Assembly: GCA_038087875.1 (NCBI GenBank)
Contig: CM075997.1
Coordinates: forward strand, 6,326,001-6,390,000
Source: Malacoraja senta
Taxonomy: Eukaryota
Length of the DNA stretch: 64,000 bases
Reading direction: 5' to 3'
A program made the translations under genes and the position numbers. This document shows positions 21,954 to 34,428 of the stretch, piece after piece. The notes beneath the pieces are model-generated. The model searched no databases and had not been told where the DNA came from. It saw only the letters and a program-made list of their open reading frames with translations. Within the stretch, counting starts at the first letter, position 1. Every line of letters begins with the position of its first letter.

Positions 21954-23202
21954 GTGCAAGTTTTTGGCTCAGAGTCCTCGGCAAGGAGGCTGAGGCAAGG
22001 AAGCTGTCAGCAGCAGTGAGGGAATACATTTCATTCGGCTTTGGGAGTGTGTCCCATTATTTGATTGGGGTTGGCTACAGTAGTAATGACAGGCAAGTCG
22101 TTGCATTACATGATGTGGGACGTCAGCTCCTGAAGGACCGAATTAGGGAACTGGAGCTGCAAACTGGATGACCTGAGGACCATCCGGGAAAACAAGTGCT
22201 TCCTGGACAAGACCTCCAGTGAGGTCGTCACACCGAGGGTACAAGATGCGCGAAGGTAGGTGACGATCAGAAAGAGAAGTAAGCATGGAGTGCAGGAGAC
22301 ATCCGTGGCGGTACCTCTTGAAAACAGGTACACCCTCTCGAGAGCTGTCGGGACAGACGAAACCTCAAGTTTGAGCAGTAGCCAGGACTGTGACTCAACA
22401 GGAAGAGCGACGTCAGGTAGATACCATAGAGGTGGGCGACTCGATAGTCAGAGGTGCGGACAGGAGATTCTGTGGCAACAGTGTAGCCTACAGGATGGTG
22501 TGCTGCCTCCCTGGTGCCAAGGTCCAGGACGTCTCGGAACAGTTGCATAACATCCTCAATGTACCAATTGCTAATAACAGGGCTGACAGACCTTGGCTGG
22601 GAACCTGGGGCTCACCAAAATTGTTCCCAATTGGGCCCCACACTTCCTAAGGCCGGCCCTGCTCAAGAGGGAGGGGGGAGCAAGCAGAGGTTATTGTGCA
22701 TGTGGCACGCACGATATAGCTAGGAAGAGTAAGGAGCTTCTACAACATGAGTTTAGGGAATTGGGTGAAGGGCTTAAAAGCAGGACCTCCAGGATGGTTG
22801 TATCGGGTTTAATTCCAGTACCTCACGCTAGTGAGGGTAAGAACAGAAAGATAGGGGAGATGAATGTGTGGCTGAGGAATTGGGATTGGGATCTCTTCTG
22901 GGGCAGGGGTGACCTGTACAAAAGGGACAGGTGTGCACCTTAACAGGAGGGGGACCAACATCCTGGCAGGCCGGTTCGCTAGTGCTACACGGGTGGTTTT
23001 AAACTAGATTGGCAGGGGGTGGTGGATCTCATACAGCACAGAGGCAGATGAGAGGTTAGAAGTTGGTAGAGAGGGTCGTGAAAGAAAGGTTGGAGGACAG
23101 AATAGGCAGGAGAAAGGTGGAGAAAGAGGAAGGAAGGTTGGTTTCAACTGCACCTATTTTAATGCAAGAGGCCTGATGGGTAAGGCAGATGAGCTTAGGG
23201 CA

Positions 23203-23600
23203 TTGTAATTGTAATTAATTTATTAGCCAAGAATGTAAATATACAAGGAATTTGATTTGCCAACAGCCATACAAAAAAGCAACAAGATGGCCTTCTATAT
23301 GCACTTTCTGGTTGAAGCAGTAAGGAAGCACTTTAGAGGATGTTACTATGTGTTGAAGATTATTACTATGTGTTGAATGTAGATGTGCTGTGTGTGTTGT
23401 GTGATTGTGCAGTGTGTCTGTGAGATGCGTGTGTTGGTTGATTGTGCAGTATGCGTGCTGCTTATGTTTGTTGATTGTGTCTCTTTTTTTTTTTGAAGCT
23501 ACTGTAATGCGCCCTTTTAAATTGCCCCTCGGGGACGAATAAAGTGCTTTGTATTGTATTGTATTGTATTGTATAACCACATAAAAGTTAAACATTGAGT
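23203..23600. mobile_element. Two LINE/SINE 3' tails of Rex1/L2 type in opposite orientation
   Basis: Minus-strand tail TTTATTAGCCAAG..GGAATTT (compare 17400-17445). Plus-strand tail AATTGCCCCTCGGGGACGAATAAAG plus (TGTAT)n. Confidence 0.55.
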
Positions 23601-23674
23601 TAAACAGGCACCACAACGGCGTGTGAGAATCCCCAGGGCACATAGCAGAAGTGGAGACCCACATCCATCCCCAG

Positions 23675-24282
23675 AGGCCAACCATTCACAGTGTACGTCC
23701 TGGCCTTGTTAGACATCCCAAAATGCAACACCTCACGGTTGTGAGCAGTTCTGGGCCGCATATCTGAGGAAGGATGTGGTGCCATTGGAGAGAGCCCAGA
23801 GGATGTTTACGAGAATTTTCCTAGGCATGAGTGGGTTAACATATGATGAGCGTTTGTCGGCACTGGGCCTGTACTCGCTGGTGTTTAGAAGGTGAGGGGG
23901 TACCTCATTGAAACTTACAGAATAGTGAAAGGCCTGGATAGAGTGGATGTGGAGAGGATGTTTCCACCTGTGGGAGAGTCTAGGACCAGAGGCCATAGCC
24001 TCAGAGTAAAAGGACGTACCTTTAGAAAGGAGATGAAGAAGAATTTCTTTAGCCAGAGGGTGCTGAATCTGTGGAATTCATTGCCAAAGACGGCTGTGGA
24101 TGCCGTTATTGGGTATTTTTAAGGCAGACGTTAACAGATTCTTGATTAGTGCGGGTGTCAGGGGCTATGGGGAGAAGGCAGGAGAATGGGGTTAAGAGGG
24201 AAAGATAGATCAGCCATAGTTGAATGGCAGAGTAGACTTGATGGGCCGAATGGTCTAATTCTGCTCCTATAACTTATGAACG
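23675..24282 (+). mobile_element. CR1 3' end with a short inverted 5' segment
   Basis: About 23675-23735 encodes EVLHFGMSNKARTYTVNG on the minus strand. 23740-24282 encodes QFW..YLRKDV...VLNLWNSLP and the 3' UTR on the plus strand. Confidence 0.8.
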
Positions 24283-24307
24283 TAAGAAATAGGTACATTG
24301 GGTGTAG

Positions 24308-24446
24308 TTTGTTGCTGCACTTGCTGGCTGCCTCAGTTTTTTTGGGGCAACAGCACGGCCTGGATATTGAGCAGCACACCGCCCTGAGTGATGGTCACCC
24401 CTCCCAGCAGTTTCTTGACCTCCTCGTCGTAGCGGGCGGCCAGCTT
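24308..24446 (-). pseudogene. H2A: Histone H2A C-terminal pseudogene fragment
   Basis: [42 protein letters not shown] versus canonical [38 protein letters not shown]; one frameshift, N-terminal two thirds missing. Confidence 0.9.
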
Positions 24447-24529
24447 TGTATCTGTGACAATCTCCATCAGTCTGGAGAAGCCTTGAAGTCCCATGTGGGG
24501 TATGACAGGATGTGCGAGCTGCATCAATG

Positions 24530-25410
24530 ATGCTGAAGTGATGATGCAGCTCTATAAGACTTTGATTAGGCAATATTTGGAGTAGAGTACTGCGGGCAGT
24601 TCAGATGTATCATCTTTGGAGACGGTGCAGCAGTGAGTTACCAGAATGTTGCCTGGATTAGGGGAGAGGTTGATCAAATTTGGACTGTTTTTAGTTTAGT
24701 TTAGTTTAGACATACAGCGCGGAAAACATGCCCTTCAAACCCACCGAGTCCGCAGCGACAAGCCATCCCCGCACCTTAATACTATCCTACACACACTAGG
24801 GACAATTTACATTGATGCCAAGCCAATTAACCTACACACCTGTACGTGTTTGGAGTGTGGGAGGAAACCGAAGATCTCAGAGAAAACCCACGTAGTCATG
24901 GGGAGAACATACAAACACCGTACAGACAACACCCGAAGTTGGGATTGAACCTGGGTTTCTGACACTGTAAGCGCTGTAAGGCAGCAGCTCTACCACTGTG
25001 CCACTGCATTGCCCTGTATGCCACCACCATTTTCATTGGAACACCAAAGGTTGAGGGAAAACCTTGTAGAGGTAAATAAACTTATGAGAGGCATCGATAG
25101 GGTAGACTGTCAGAATATTTTTACTAGGATGGAAATGTTAAGGACTAGAGGGCCAAACTTACAGATGAAAGGGGCAAAATTTAAAGGAGATGAGTGGAGC
25201 AAGTTTTTATTTACACAGAAATTGTTGGGTGCCTGGAACATGCTGCCGGGGATGGTGGTGGAGGCTGATGAAATAGTAGCACAGAGGATTTTAGATAGTT
25301 ACGTGGATATGCAAGAAATGGTTGGATGTGGATCACACAAATCAGATTAGTTTATCTAGTTATTATGCTCGGCACAGACATCATGGACCAAAGGGCCTGT
25401 TTCTGTTCTG
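24530..25410 (+). mobile_element. Decayed CR1 3' fragment interrupted by a SINE
   Basis: QLYKTLIR and ORF 25009..25350 FSLEHQRLR..MRGIDRVD..TRG..WNMLP. Confidence 0.8.
24690..25015 (-). mobile_element. Complete tRNA-derived V-SINE (HE1-like)
   Basis: A box GTGGCACAGTGGTAG, B box GGTTCAATCCC, V core, CR1-like 3' end and a (CTAAA)n tail. Confidence 0.9.
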
Positions 25411-25555
25411 ATTATGTCACTGTCGGATGTTGCCAGCAGTGGGGAGAGCTTCTGTAGTGCTGCCAGCCGCTCGCTCCACATGGGTGAGAGAGAGAGAAAG
25501 GGAAGGTGGGGGGGGGGGGCAAGAGGTGATGGAGGGGTGTCAGAAGGTCAGACAG

Positions 25556-26505
25556 TTTTTCTTTAATCTCGTCAGCCAATGTGCGTATTTCTTTTTGTGT
25601 TTGTTTTTTTAATCCGCGGAGTATGAAATAATTTGTCCACGAATATATGCCTTAAAAGCATCCCAGACTACACCATTGGATATCTCTTCATTAGAGTTTG
25701 TCAAGAAGTAAAAAGCAATCTGATCTTTCATAAACTTAATAAAGTTTATGTCTTGAAGCAAAGTAGCATTAAATCGCTATTGTTTAGCACTAAACTTGGA
25801 ATCAGGTAGTTTGATCAATAGTTTCACTGGTGCATAATCAGAAATAGCAATTGCATCATACTCACATGCAATGACCGATGGAACTAACCGAGAATCTAGT
25901 ATAAAATAGTCGATCCTAGAATAACTATGATATACATGAGAGAAAACTGAAAATTCTTTGTCATTTGGGTGTAAGAATCTCCAAATTTCTAACATTCCCG
26001 AGTCAAGTAAAAATAATTAATAAAATTAGCTGATTTATTTGGAAGCACATGATCAGATGTAGACCTGTCAATTGAGGGCTTCAGACAACAATTGAAATCT
26101 CCTCTCATTATTAAAAAGTGTTCATTTAAATTAGGAAAGGATGCAATTAACTGTTTAAAAAACTCAGGGTGATCAATATTTGGTGCATAGACATTCACCA
26201 TAGCGACTTTTTGCCTATAAAGGGCACCGGTAATCACCAAGAATCTGCCATATGGATCAGAAATTGTTTCATGGTGAACAAACGGAATTAGGAGACTCCT
26301 TTCACCTTAGCCTGTGAATTTGAATGAAACTGCTGTCCTCTCCAAAACTTGAAAAATCGTGACTTGTCATCTTGCCTTACATGAGTTTCCTGAACAAAGA
26401 TAATCTGAGCATTTAGTCTGTGAAGAACTTTTTAAAAAAAATCCTCTTAATGGGATGGTTCAAGCCATTCACATTCCATGAAAGGAAATTAGTAACTTTA
26501 TCCAT
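25556..26505 (-). pseudogene. L1 ORF2 endonuclease region (disrupted)
   Basis: FLSWNVNGLNHP, NVYAPN, GDFN, YSRIDY, SDYAP and WDAFKAYIRGQIISY. Confidence 0.88.
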
Positions 26506-27186
26506 ATTGCTTGTAAAAATCATGTGGGATGTAATGGGTTAATTTCTTGAAGCCTAAAAGTTCATAATACTGGAAGAAGAAAAATCTAGGGCGGAGCCAG
26601 AAGTGACGACATTTCAGACATTTTTGTAGTTCAGAGTTTGCACAAATGAAGAACACTAAATAGGGAACAAAAGACCCCTCCCCCCTCCCACCCCTGTAGA
26701 ACCCCAAACTGAACAATAGACAGTCAGCAAGCTACCTAATCCCCTCCCCGATCCCATCTCTCCTAGTAACAGTGCTCGGCATAAAAAGAATAATATTTAA
26801 CCACTCCCAGTCATAACACATTAGTTATTATCTCTTTGAGAGAGAAGAAAAAAAAATACAGACTGGCATGGAGTTAAAGCGCGACTGCTACTTATTATTA
26901 TCCAAGGTCAAGATATGAAAAACCAGAACTGCGTTCTCTTAGTTTGTCTAACGACAGGGGAACACGAATTAACAAAGAAATTCTTAAAAGAATATATATA
27001 AAAGAAAAACAACTCGTCCAGTTAAATTCTTAATCATTACCAAACGAAATGTTGTCAAAATAGGAACAGTAAATTTCCAATTACAACTTAATCAGCTATC
27101 AATTACACCCCTTCCTCGTCGTAGCTCTCCGGAAAGCTGGAGGCGTCTTGAGGGCTGTTAAAAAATCGAAAGTTACCGTTGAAAAG

Positions 27187-28035
27187 TCAAATACGCAAAC
27201 TAGCTGGAAAAAATAAAGCTGGCCGCAGCATTTTCTTATACAAATCAGACATTACATTATAAAAAGTATTTCTTATTTCCAAAAGCTCGTAACTATAATC
27301 AGGGACAAACTGAAACTTGCATCCTTCATATTCAACAACACCCAACTTTTTTGCTGCCTGGAGAATATTCTCCTTCATTTGCAAAAAATGAAACCGAATG
27401 ATCAAGTGTCTAGGTTTTTTACCGGATTTCTTCCCAATCCTGTGTGCATTATCCAGAAACGGAAAGTTTTCATTGTGCTCAATGTTGAATGTTTCCTTTA
27501 TCATTTTAGAAGCATATTTTATAACGTTATCTCCTTCTTGGCCTTCCGGCAAACCAACAATTCGTAAATTCAAACGACGGCTTCTGTTTTCTAGGTCCAT
27601 ATTTTTAGACTTGTATTGCTGAAGTGCTCGAGTGTTTTCATTCATTCTCTGTTCCAATTTTTCAATCTTCAAATCTCTCTCCCGTCCCAGGGTTCGCAAG
27701 ATATCAATTTGATTCTTTTGTTCACGAAGTTCATCTTGTAACAAAGACAGTTTTCCTTGGACTTCCTTCAATTTGGTCGAAACTCCTTTTACCATTTCTT
27801 CCAAACTGCCAAATCTTGTTTTCATTTCATTTTTCAGCTCATTTTTCAATTCATCGTTCATTTTCGATATTGCTTCTATGATACTGGAATCAGAAGCTGC
27901 AGCTGTGGTTGTGGCTTTCCCCAGTTCCTTCTTTGGGGGTCCTTCTTTCCTTCTTGTCTCCATCCTTTTCACGATTAAGGCGTGTAAAAGTGTTATCAAC
28001 ACTTTATGAACAGAAAGTAGGTGTCTTGAAGTCAA
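27187..28035 (-). pseudogene. L1 ORF1 (coiled coil plus RRM), stop near the C-terminus
   Basis: Heptad-rich N-terminus, DLENRSRRLNLRIVGLPE, AHRIG..PRHLIIRF and FFPASLRI. Confidence 0.9.
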
Positions 28036-29928
28036 ATAGTCACCAGTAACATTGAAAGAGTGGTAAGTGGAAGTTAAAAGTTAAGGGAGCAAACGAATTT
28101 GCAACCTTTACAGCATGCTGCCACTAGGAGACCTATGAAAAAATATTCAAAAGTTCCTAGTTTAGAGCTCTATAAGAATAGAGTTGAACTTCAATTGAGA
28201 TATGATTTGTTATTAGTATCACCGATTGAGAACCAGTTACTTAAAACCAAAAGTCAATTTTATATACATTGCGAAAAATCTGGTAAATTACTTGCTAATC
28301 AATTGAAAGCAGTGTCGGCCAAGCGTCAGATTACTAAAGTGAGTAAACGGGATGGTACAGTAACTGTAGACCATGACGAAATTAACAAATCCTTTCAGGA
28401 ATTTTATGCCTCCCTATACCAATCAGATTTTCCTACTGATTCCAATATAATGCATGAGTTTTAAAGAAACTGAACTTACCAAATTTACCATATAATGAGT
28501 CTGTTGTTAGATGAACCCATCACGGAAGAAGAAATACAGAAAGCAATTTTTTCAATGAATTCTGGTAAAGCTCCCGGTTTAGATGGGTTTACAGTAGAAT
28601 TTTTAAAGTATTTCTCAAATTTATTGTCTCCATGGCTATGCAAGGTATATAAAGAAGCCTTTTTAAGGAATAGATTACCACAATCTTTTTATGAAGCTTC
28701 TATTTCTTTAATTCTTAAAAAAGATAAAGACCCTACTGAAGTGACATCATATAAACCTATATCAATGTTAAATGTAGAATTCAAATTCTTTCCAAAATAT
28801 TAGCTATGAGATTGGAAAAGATTTTACCGCAACTTATCTCTGAAGATCAGACAGGTTTTATTAAAAATCGTTACACATACTTTAACGTTAGGAGATTAAT
28901 GAATATTGTATACACAGCATCTAATAAAACCCCAGAATGTGACATCTCACTTGATGCCGAGAAGGCGTTTGATAGAGTAGAATGGGAATACTTATTCAAT
29001 ACACTTGAAAAATTTAAGATTGGACCAAAATTTATCTCTTGGATCAAGCTGATATATCTTATACCTCAGGCTTCTGTATTTACTAATAATCAGAGATCCC
29101 CTTTTTTCAGGCTCTTTCGAGGTACTAGACAGGGCTGTCCCATAAGTCCTTTACTATTTGATATTGCTTTGGAACCTTTAGCCACCGCTCTAATGGAATC
29201 CACTAATATTTTTGGTATTGTTCACGGAATAAGACACATAAGCTATCTCTTTATGCAGATGATCTGTTATTATTTATTTCTAACCCTGAGAAATCTATTC
29301 CGGCAATAGTAGCATTACTTAATCAATTTAGTAGTTTTTCTGGTTATAAACTAAATCATACTGAGAGTGAGCTTTTTCCATTAAATAATTTTGTTTCGAG
29401 TTATGGACAGTTTCCATTTAGATTGACTACCGAAAGTTTTACTTATTTAGGTATTAAGATCACCAAGAAACACAAGGATTTATTTAAAGCTAATTTTATG
29501 CCTTTAATTGACCATATTAAACATCAATTTACTAAATGGTCACCAATGTCCTTATCCTTAATTGGCCAAATCAATACTATTAAAATGTTCATTTTACCTA
29601 AATTTCTGTATTTATTTCAGATGATACCAATTTTTATTGCCAAATCCTTCTTTGATATTATAGACTCCAAAATTTCTTCATATATATGGTAGAATAAAAA
29701 TCCCAGACTAGGTAAAAAATACCTACAGAAATTTTAAAAAAGTTGGTGGTTTGGCATTGCCGAACCTAAGACTCTACTATTGGGCAGTCAATGTTCGTTA
29801 TTTCACATTTTGGACAAAAGATTTAGATGATACCCAATGCTCTGGATGGATAAACCTAGAACATGATTCCTTACAAGGGCTATCATTGGCTTCTATTCTA
29901 GGGGCCTCGTTACCTTTTACAATTACGA

Positions 29929-30120
29929 GGTTGTCATTGAGAGAATTGAGTTTGTCCAAGTCTTGCTTCGCTAAGAATGTCTCATGCATACATAGTATGT
30001 CACAGTTCTCCAGAAGGTTGTCAACAACTATGCGGCGAGCTTTATCCCCTGCGCTCTGGCCCAAACGCAGGCCACGACAGAACCCGAATGGTCATTTAGC
30101 GAGACTAGTGAATGCCCCTG
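29929..30120 (-). mobile_element. Inverted ~190-bp piece of the RTE-X-like 5' region inserted in L1-A
   Basis: Near-identical reverse complement of about 36860-37062 (GQSAGDKARRIVVDNLLENCDIL), with an 11-bp deletion. Confidence 0.88.
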
Positions 30121-30156
30121 AATAAATATACGACTAACTCAATAGGGGCCTCGTTA

Positions 30157-30628
30157 TCATATAACCATATAACAATTACAGCATGGAAACAGGCCATCTC
30201 GGCCCTTCAAGTCCATGCCGAACACTTTTTCTCCCCTAGTCCCATCTACCTGCACTCAGACCATAACCCTCCATTCCTTTCTCGTCCATATACCCATCCA
30301 ATCTATTTTTAAATGATAAATCGAACCTGCCTCCACCACTTCCACTGGAAGCTCATTCCACACAGCTACCACTCTCTGAGTAAAGAAGTTCCCCCTAATG
30401 TTACCTTTAAACTTCTGTCCCTTAAGTCTCAAGTCATGTCCTCTTGTTTGAATCTTCCCTACTCTCAATGGGAAAAGCTTATCCGCGTCAACTCTGTCTA
30501 TCCCTCTCATCATTTTAAAGACCTCTATCAAGTCCCCCCTTAACCTTCTGCGCTCCAAAGAATAAAGACCTAACTTGTTCAGCCTTTCTCTGTAATTTAG
30601 TTGCTGAAACCTAGGCAACATTCTCGTA
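30157..30628 (-). mobile_element. CR1 3' fragment
   Basis: FTRMLP..YRERLNKLGLYSLERRRLRGDLIEV..FFTQRVVAVWNELP, with a (GTTATATG) tail. Confidence 0.9.
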
Positions 30629-30896
30629 AACCTTTTACAATTACGATATTTAATAAATATACGACTAACCCAATAATAAGACATACGTTCCGAATATGGT
30701 TTCAATTTCGTAAGTTTTTTGGACTAAATGATTTTATCTTATCGAGCCGTATTTTATCCAATTTTCTCTTCCAACCATCTAGTACTGATCAAGTCTTTTT
30801 GTTATGGAAGAGGAAGGGATTAGTAGCTTTTCGTGATTTGTTTTTGGAGGGTTGTTTTATGGCTTTCGAACAACTCTCCAATAAATATAACTTACC

Positions 30897-31098
30897 TGTA
30901 AAATGACTTGATTCCTACAGAGTCTTTTACTGATGGTTTATTATAATCACTAACACACACTATGCAATAGCTGTCCGTGGTCATCACTGGAGCTAGAGAG
31001 CGGGCTGGAGGCGGGGACCTTACAATTATACGTGAGACAATGGGGAGTGGTTAGTAGTGGTGAGGTCACTATGTTAAAGGAACATGCACTGATCTACA
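30897..31098 (-). repeat. Gypsy 3' LTR
   Basis: Direct repeat of 35414-35611, adjacent to the PPT. Confidence 0.95.
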
Positions 31099-31262
31099 TC
31101 CCTCCTCATGGAAACAAAAGCATGGCAATACACAGAGCGACCACGGCTCATACGCTAGGATTACAAACCGCGCCGGGAACAGTTAATCGTTTCATAACAC
31201 AGCTAAGCGAGCTCCCCGTAACGGACAGGCGGCTTGACCAACCGGCCAGAGCGGGTGCGCAA

Positions 31263-34200
31263 CTAGCATTCCCCCTCAACCGCAGGAGCAGAAGGGACAG
31301 AGTCAGGGACAGAGGTGGGAGAGCCGGGCGGGGAACGAACCGGAGACGGAGGAGAACAGCGAGGCGAAACGGGCACGCTGGCAGGCGAGGCAGGGGAAAG
31401 AGGCTTGTGAGCGCGGGGCATAGAGAGCTGGGAGGGCAGTTTCCGCGACATGCGAGGAGTGACAGGGGCTGGCGGAGCCTCGGGCAGAATGGAAGGGATA
31501 GGTGGCTGAAACGGGTCCGCGGGAGGCGGAGGAGGCTCGTTGACGAGCAGGAGGTGCTGGCGTGACCGACGGTAGATAGCGCCCTGATAGTCGACGAGGT
31601 ATGACCGGGGAGAGCCGGCATTACCAACCACTACGGCCAGCCTGTAGTGCCCGGAGGGGGACTGCATCCGAACCACCTGGCCCGGGAACAGGCAAGGAAG
31701 CGGCCGGGCCGACTTGTCAAAGGAGCGCTTCTGGATGGCTTTCTTCTCGATGATGCGCTCTGTGACAGCGGCAGGGTTCTGGACCGAGGGTTTGAGGGAC
31801 TGTTGCGAGACAGGGAGAGGTGGTCTAGTGGTGCGGGACATGAGGCGTTGGGCAGGTGAACTGAGCGCGGGGTCGCGGGAAATGTTGCGGAGGTTGAGGA
31901 GGGCAAGGTAGAAGTCGGAATGTGAAAGGCGGCAGTGTTCCAGCAGCTCCTTGGCACTGCGGACGGCGCGTTCCGCAAGGCAGTTGCTCTGCGGATACTC
32001 AGGGCTGCTGGTGATGTGACGAAAGTTCCAACGGGCAGCGAAGGCACGGAACTCGGCGCTGGAGAACTGGCTGCCGTTGTCCGATTGGAGGGTCACCGGG
32101 GATCCGAAGGTGCAAAAGTGGCGGCGAAGCTTCCCGATGACGGCGGCAGAGGTGATGGAAGGCAGCTGATCCACCTCAAACCAACTGGAGTATGAGTCCA
32201 CCAGGACGAGGAAGTGCTTGCCACGCCATTCGAAAAGGTCCGTGGCAACAGACATCCACGGTAGCTCGGAGCTGCAGGAGGGTCTGGCGCTGCTGATGAG
32301 GCAGGAGACTGTTACAGGCAGCGCAAACGGAGACCCTGTCACGGATGTCCTGAGCCATACCTGGCAGTAGAATTGGCACTGGGCCTGGGACAAAGTGGCC
32401 TCCACCCCGGGGTGACCGTTGTGTGCAGATTGAAAATAGTGAGCCCGCAGAGTGGCCGGCACCACGACCTTGTGACCCTTCACCACCACGCCGTCGTGTA
32501 GCACCAGTTCATCACGAACCAGGAAGTAGGGCACGGCACCAGCCGGCAGGGAAGAGCGTCGGTCAGGCCAACCACGGCGGATAACGTCCGCAAGTTGTTG
32601 CAGGGCAGGATCATCAGCAGTGTGTTTGACCAGGGACTGCATCTGCTGGGAAGGAACAATGTTAATGTTCAGTACCATCAGGTCAGATGATTCGTATGGG
32701 TGACGGGCAACTGAAGGGAGCGGCGCACGGGACAATGTGTCGGCCACAAACAAATCTTTGCCCTTGCGGTACACAATCCGGAACGTGAAACGCTGGAGCT
32801 GCAGCATCATCCGCTGCAACCGGGAAGAGGCGACATGGATAGGCTTGTTCAGACTAGTGACCAGCGGCTGGTGGTCAGTCTCAATGGTGAAGGTGTTGCC
32901 CAGAATGTAATCCTTAAACTTGGAGCAGGCGAACACCACGGCAAGTAGCTCCTTCTCGATCTGGGCATAACGTTGCTCGGCAGGGGTCATGGTGCGAGAA
33001 GCGTAGGAGACAGGTAGCTGCAGGCCGTCATAAAGCTGCAGACATGCGGCACCGAGACCGAACTTAGAGGCATCACAAGTGAGGACAATTGGTCTGTGCA
33101 GATCGAAGAACTTGAGAGTTGGTGTGTGTGTAAGCTTGGACTTCAGAGCCACGAACGCCGACTGGTGATGCGGGAGCCAGACCCATGCGGAGTCCTTCTT
33201 GATCAGCTCCCTCAGGGGAGCACTCAGTTCGCTGAAGTCAGGTATGAACTTCCCCAGGTAATTGACCATGCCCAGGAAGCGCTGCAGGCCGGGAACGTCA
33301 GTAGGAGCGGGCATCTCGGTGACTGCTGATGTTTTCTGGGGGTCAGGCTTTAAACCCCCCGCCGTGAAAACGTGACCAACGTAAGTGACTTCCGGGACCC
33401 GGAACCGACACTTCTTGGGGTTGAGCTTGAGATTGATTTTACGAGCCCTGTCCAGGACTTTGCGGAGGTGCAGGTCATGCTCAGCGACGTCCCTCCCGTA
33501 CACCAGGATGTCATCCACGATGATAGCGCACGGCAACCCAGCGAACAGCTGTTCCATGGTGCGCTGGAAAACCTCACTAGCCGAGTTGATCCCAAACGGC
33601 ATACGGAGGAAACGGAACCTGCCGAAAGGTGTGTTGAAGGTGGTCAGGAATGAGGAACGTTCATCTAAAGGGATCTGCCAGAATGAGCTTTTGGCGTCTA
33701 AGACAGAGAAGACAGTGGCAGGACCGACCTGTGCAGCGACGTCCTCCACCGTCCGCATGGGGTAGTGCGGGCGCTTGATGGCCAGGTTCAGGTCCTTTGG
33801 GTTAATGCAGATCCGGATCTCGCTCTTATCCTTCTTGGCAGCGACGACCATGTTTGTGACCCACCTGGTGGGAGCGCTCACCTCCTTGAGGATGCCCATG
33901 GTCACCATATCACGCAGAGTAGATTCCACGCGGCCCTTCACAGCAAAGGAGACGCGGTGGGCCGGTCGAAACACCGGGTCGACACTCGGGTCGACAACAA
34001 TTTTATAGTCACAGGGCAATTTGCCCAAAATGTCATCAAAACGGTCAGGGTATTCGCCCAGGGGGGTCCATGGGGGCCTGCACCAGGTGAATTCCGCGGT
34101 GGAAAGAAACCAAGCCAAGGTCCTGGCACGCACGGGCGCCCAACAGGGTGACGTTGTCAGAATCCAGCAGGTGGAAGGTGAGGGGCCGAGAGGTCTCAAG

Positions 34201-34425
34201 GACTGTGCAGATAAGCGTGGCCTTCCCCTCTGGAACTAGAACACCTCCCCCATAGACATGAAGGCGGGTGTCGCCGGGAGTAACTCTCTCACCAGATCTT
34301 ATCCGCTTGAAGAGGCTGACAGACATAACATTTGCAAAGGCACCAGTATCGACCTTGGCAGAGAATGAATGGCCATTCACAGTAACATGCACAGAGGGAT
34401 CTGTTATCGTAGCAGGTGCACCCAA
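31263..34425 (-). pseudogene. pol: Gypsy pol (protease, RT, RNase H, integrase), frameshifted
   Basis: KVDTGA protease (34045..34425). In another frame: RMPFGI, IVDDIL, CDASKFGLG, YAQIEKELLA, ETDHQPL, AHNGHPG, LVDSYS, SDNGSQF and PQSN.LAERAV. Confidence 0.93.
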
Positions 34426-34428
34426 AAG

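Larger units (their letters stand above)
21145..23203 (+). mobile_element. Decayed CR1 5' portion (5' UTR, esterase ORF1, start of ORF2)
   Basis: VGDSIVRGADRRFCG..CCLPGAKVQDV and LKSRTSRMVVSGLIPVP; YFNARGL at about 23155. Confidence 0.85.

Noticed and set aside
24940..25015. tRNA gene
   Set aside because: The A and B boxes belong to the head of a V-SINE; there is no complete cloverleaf.
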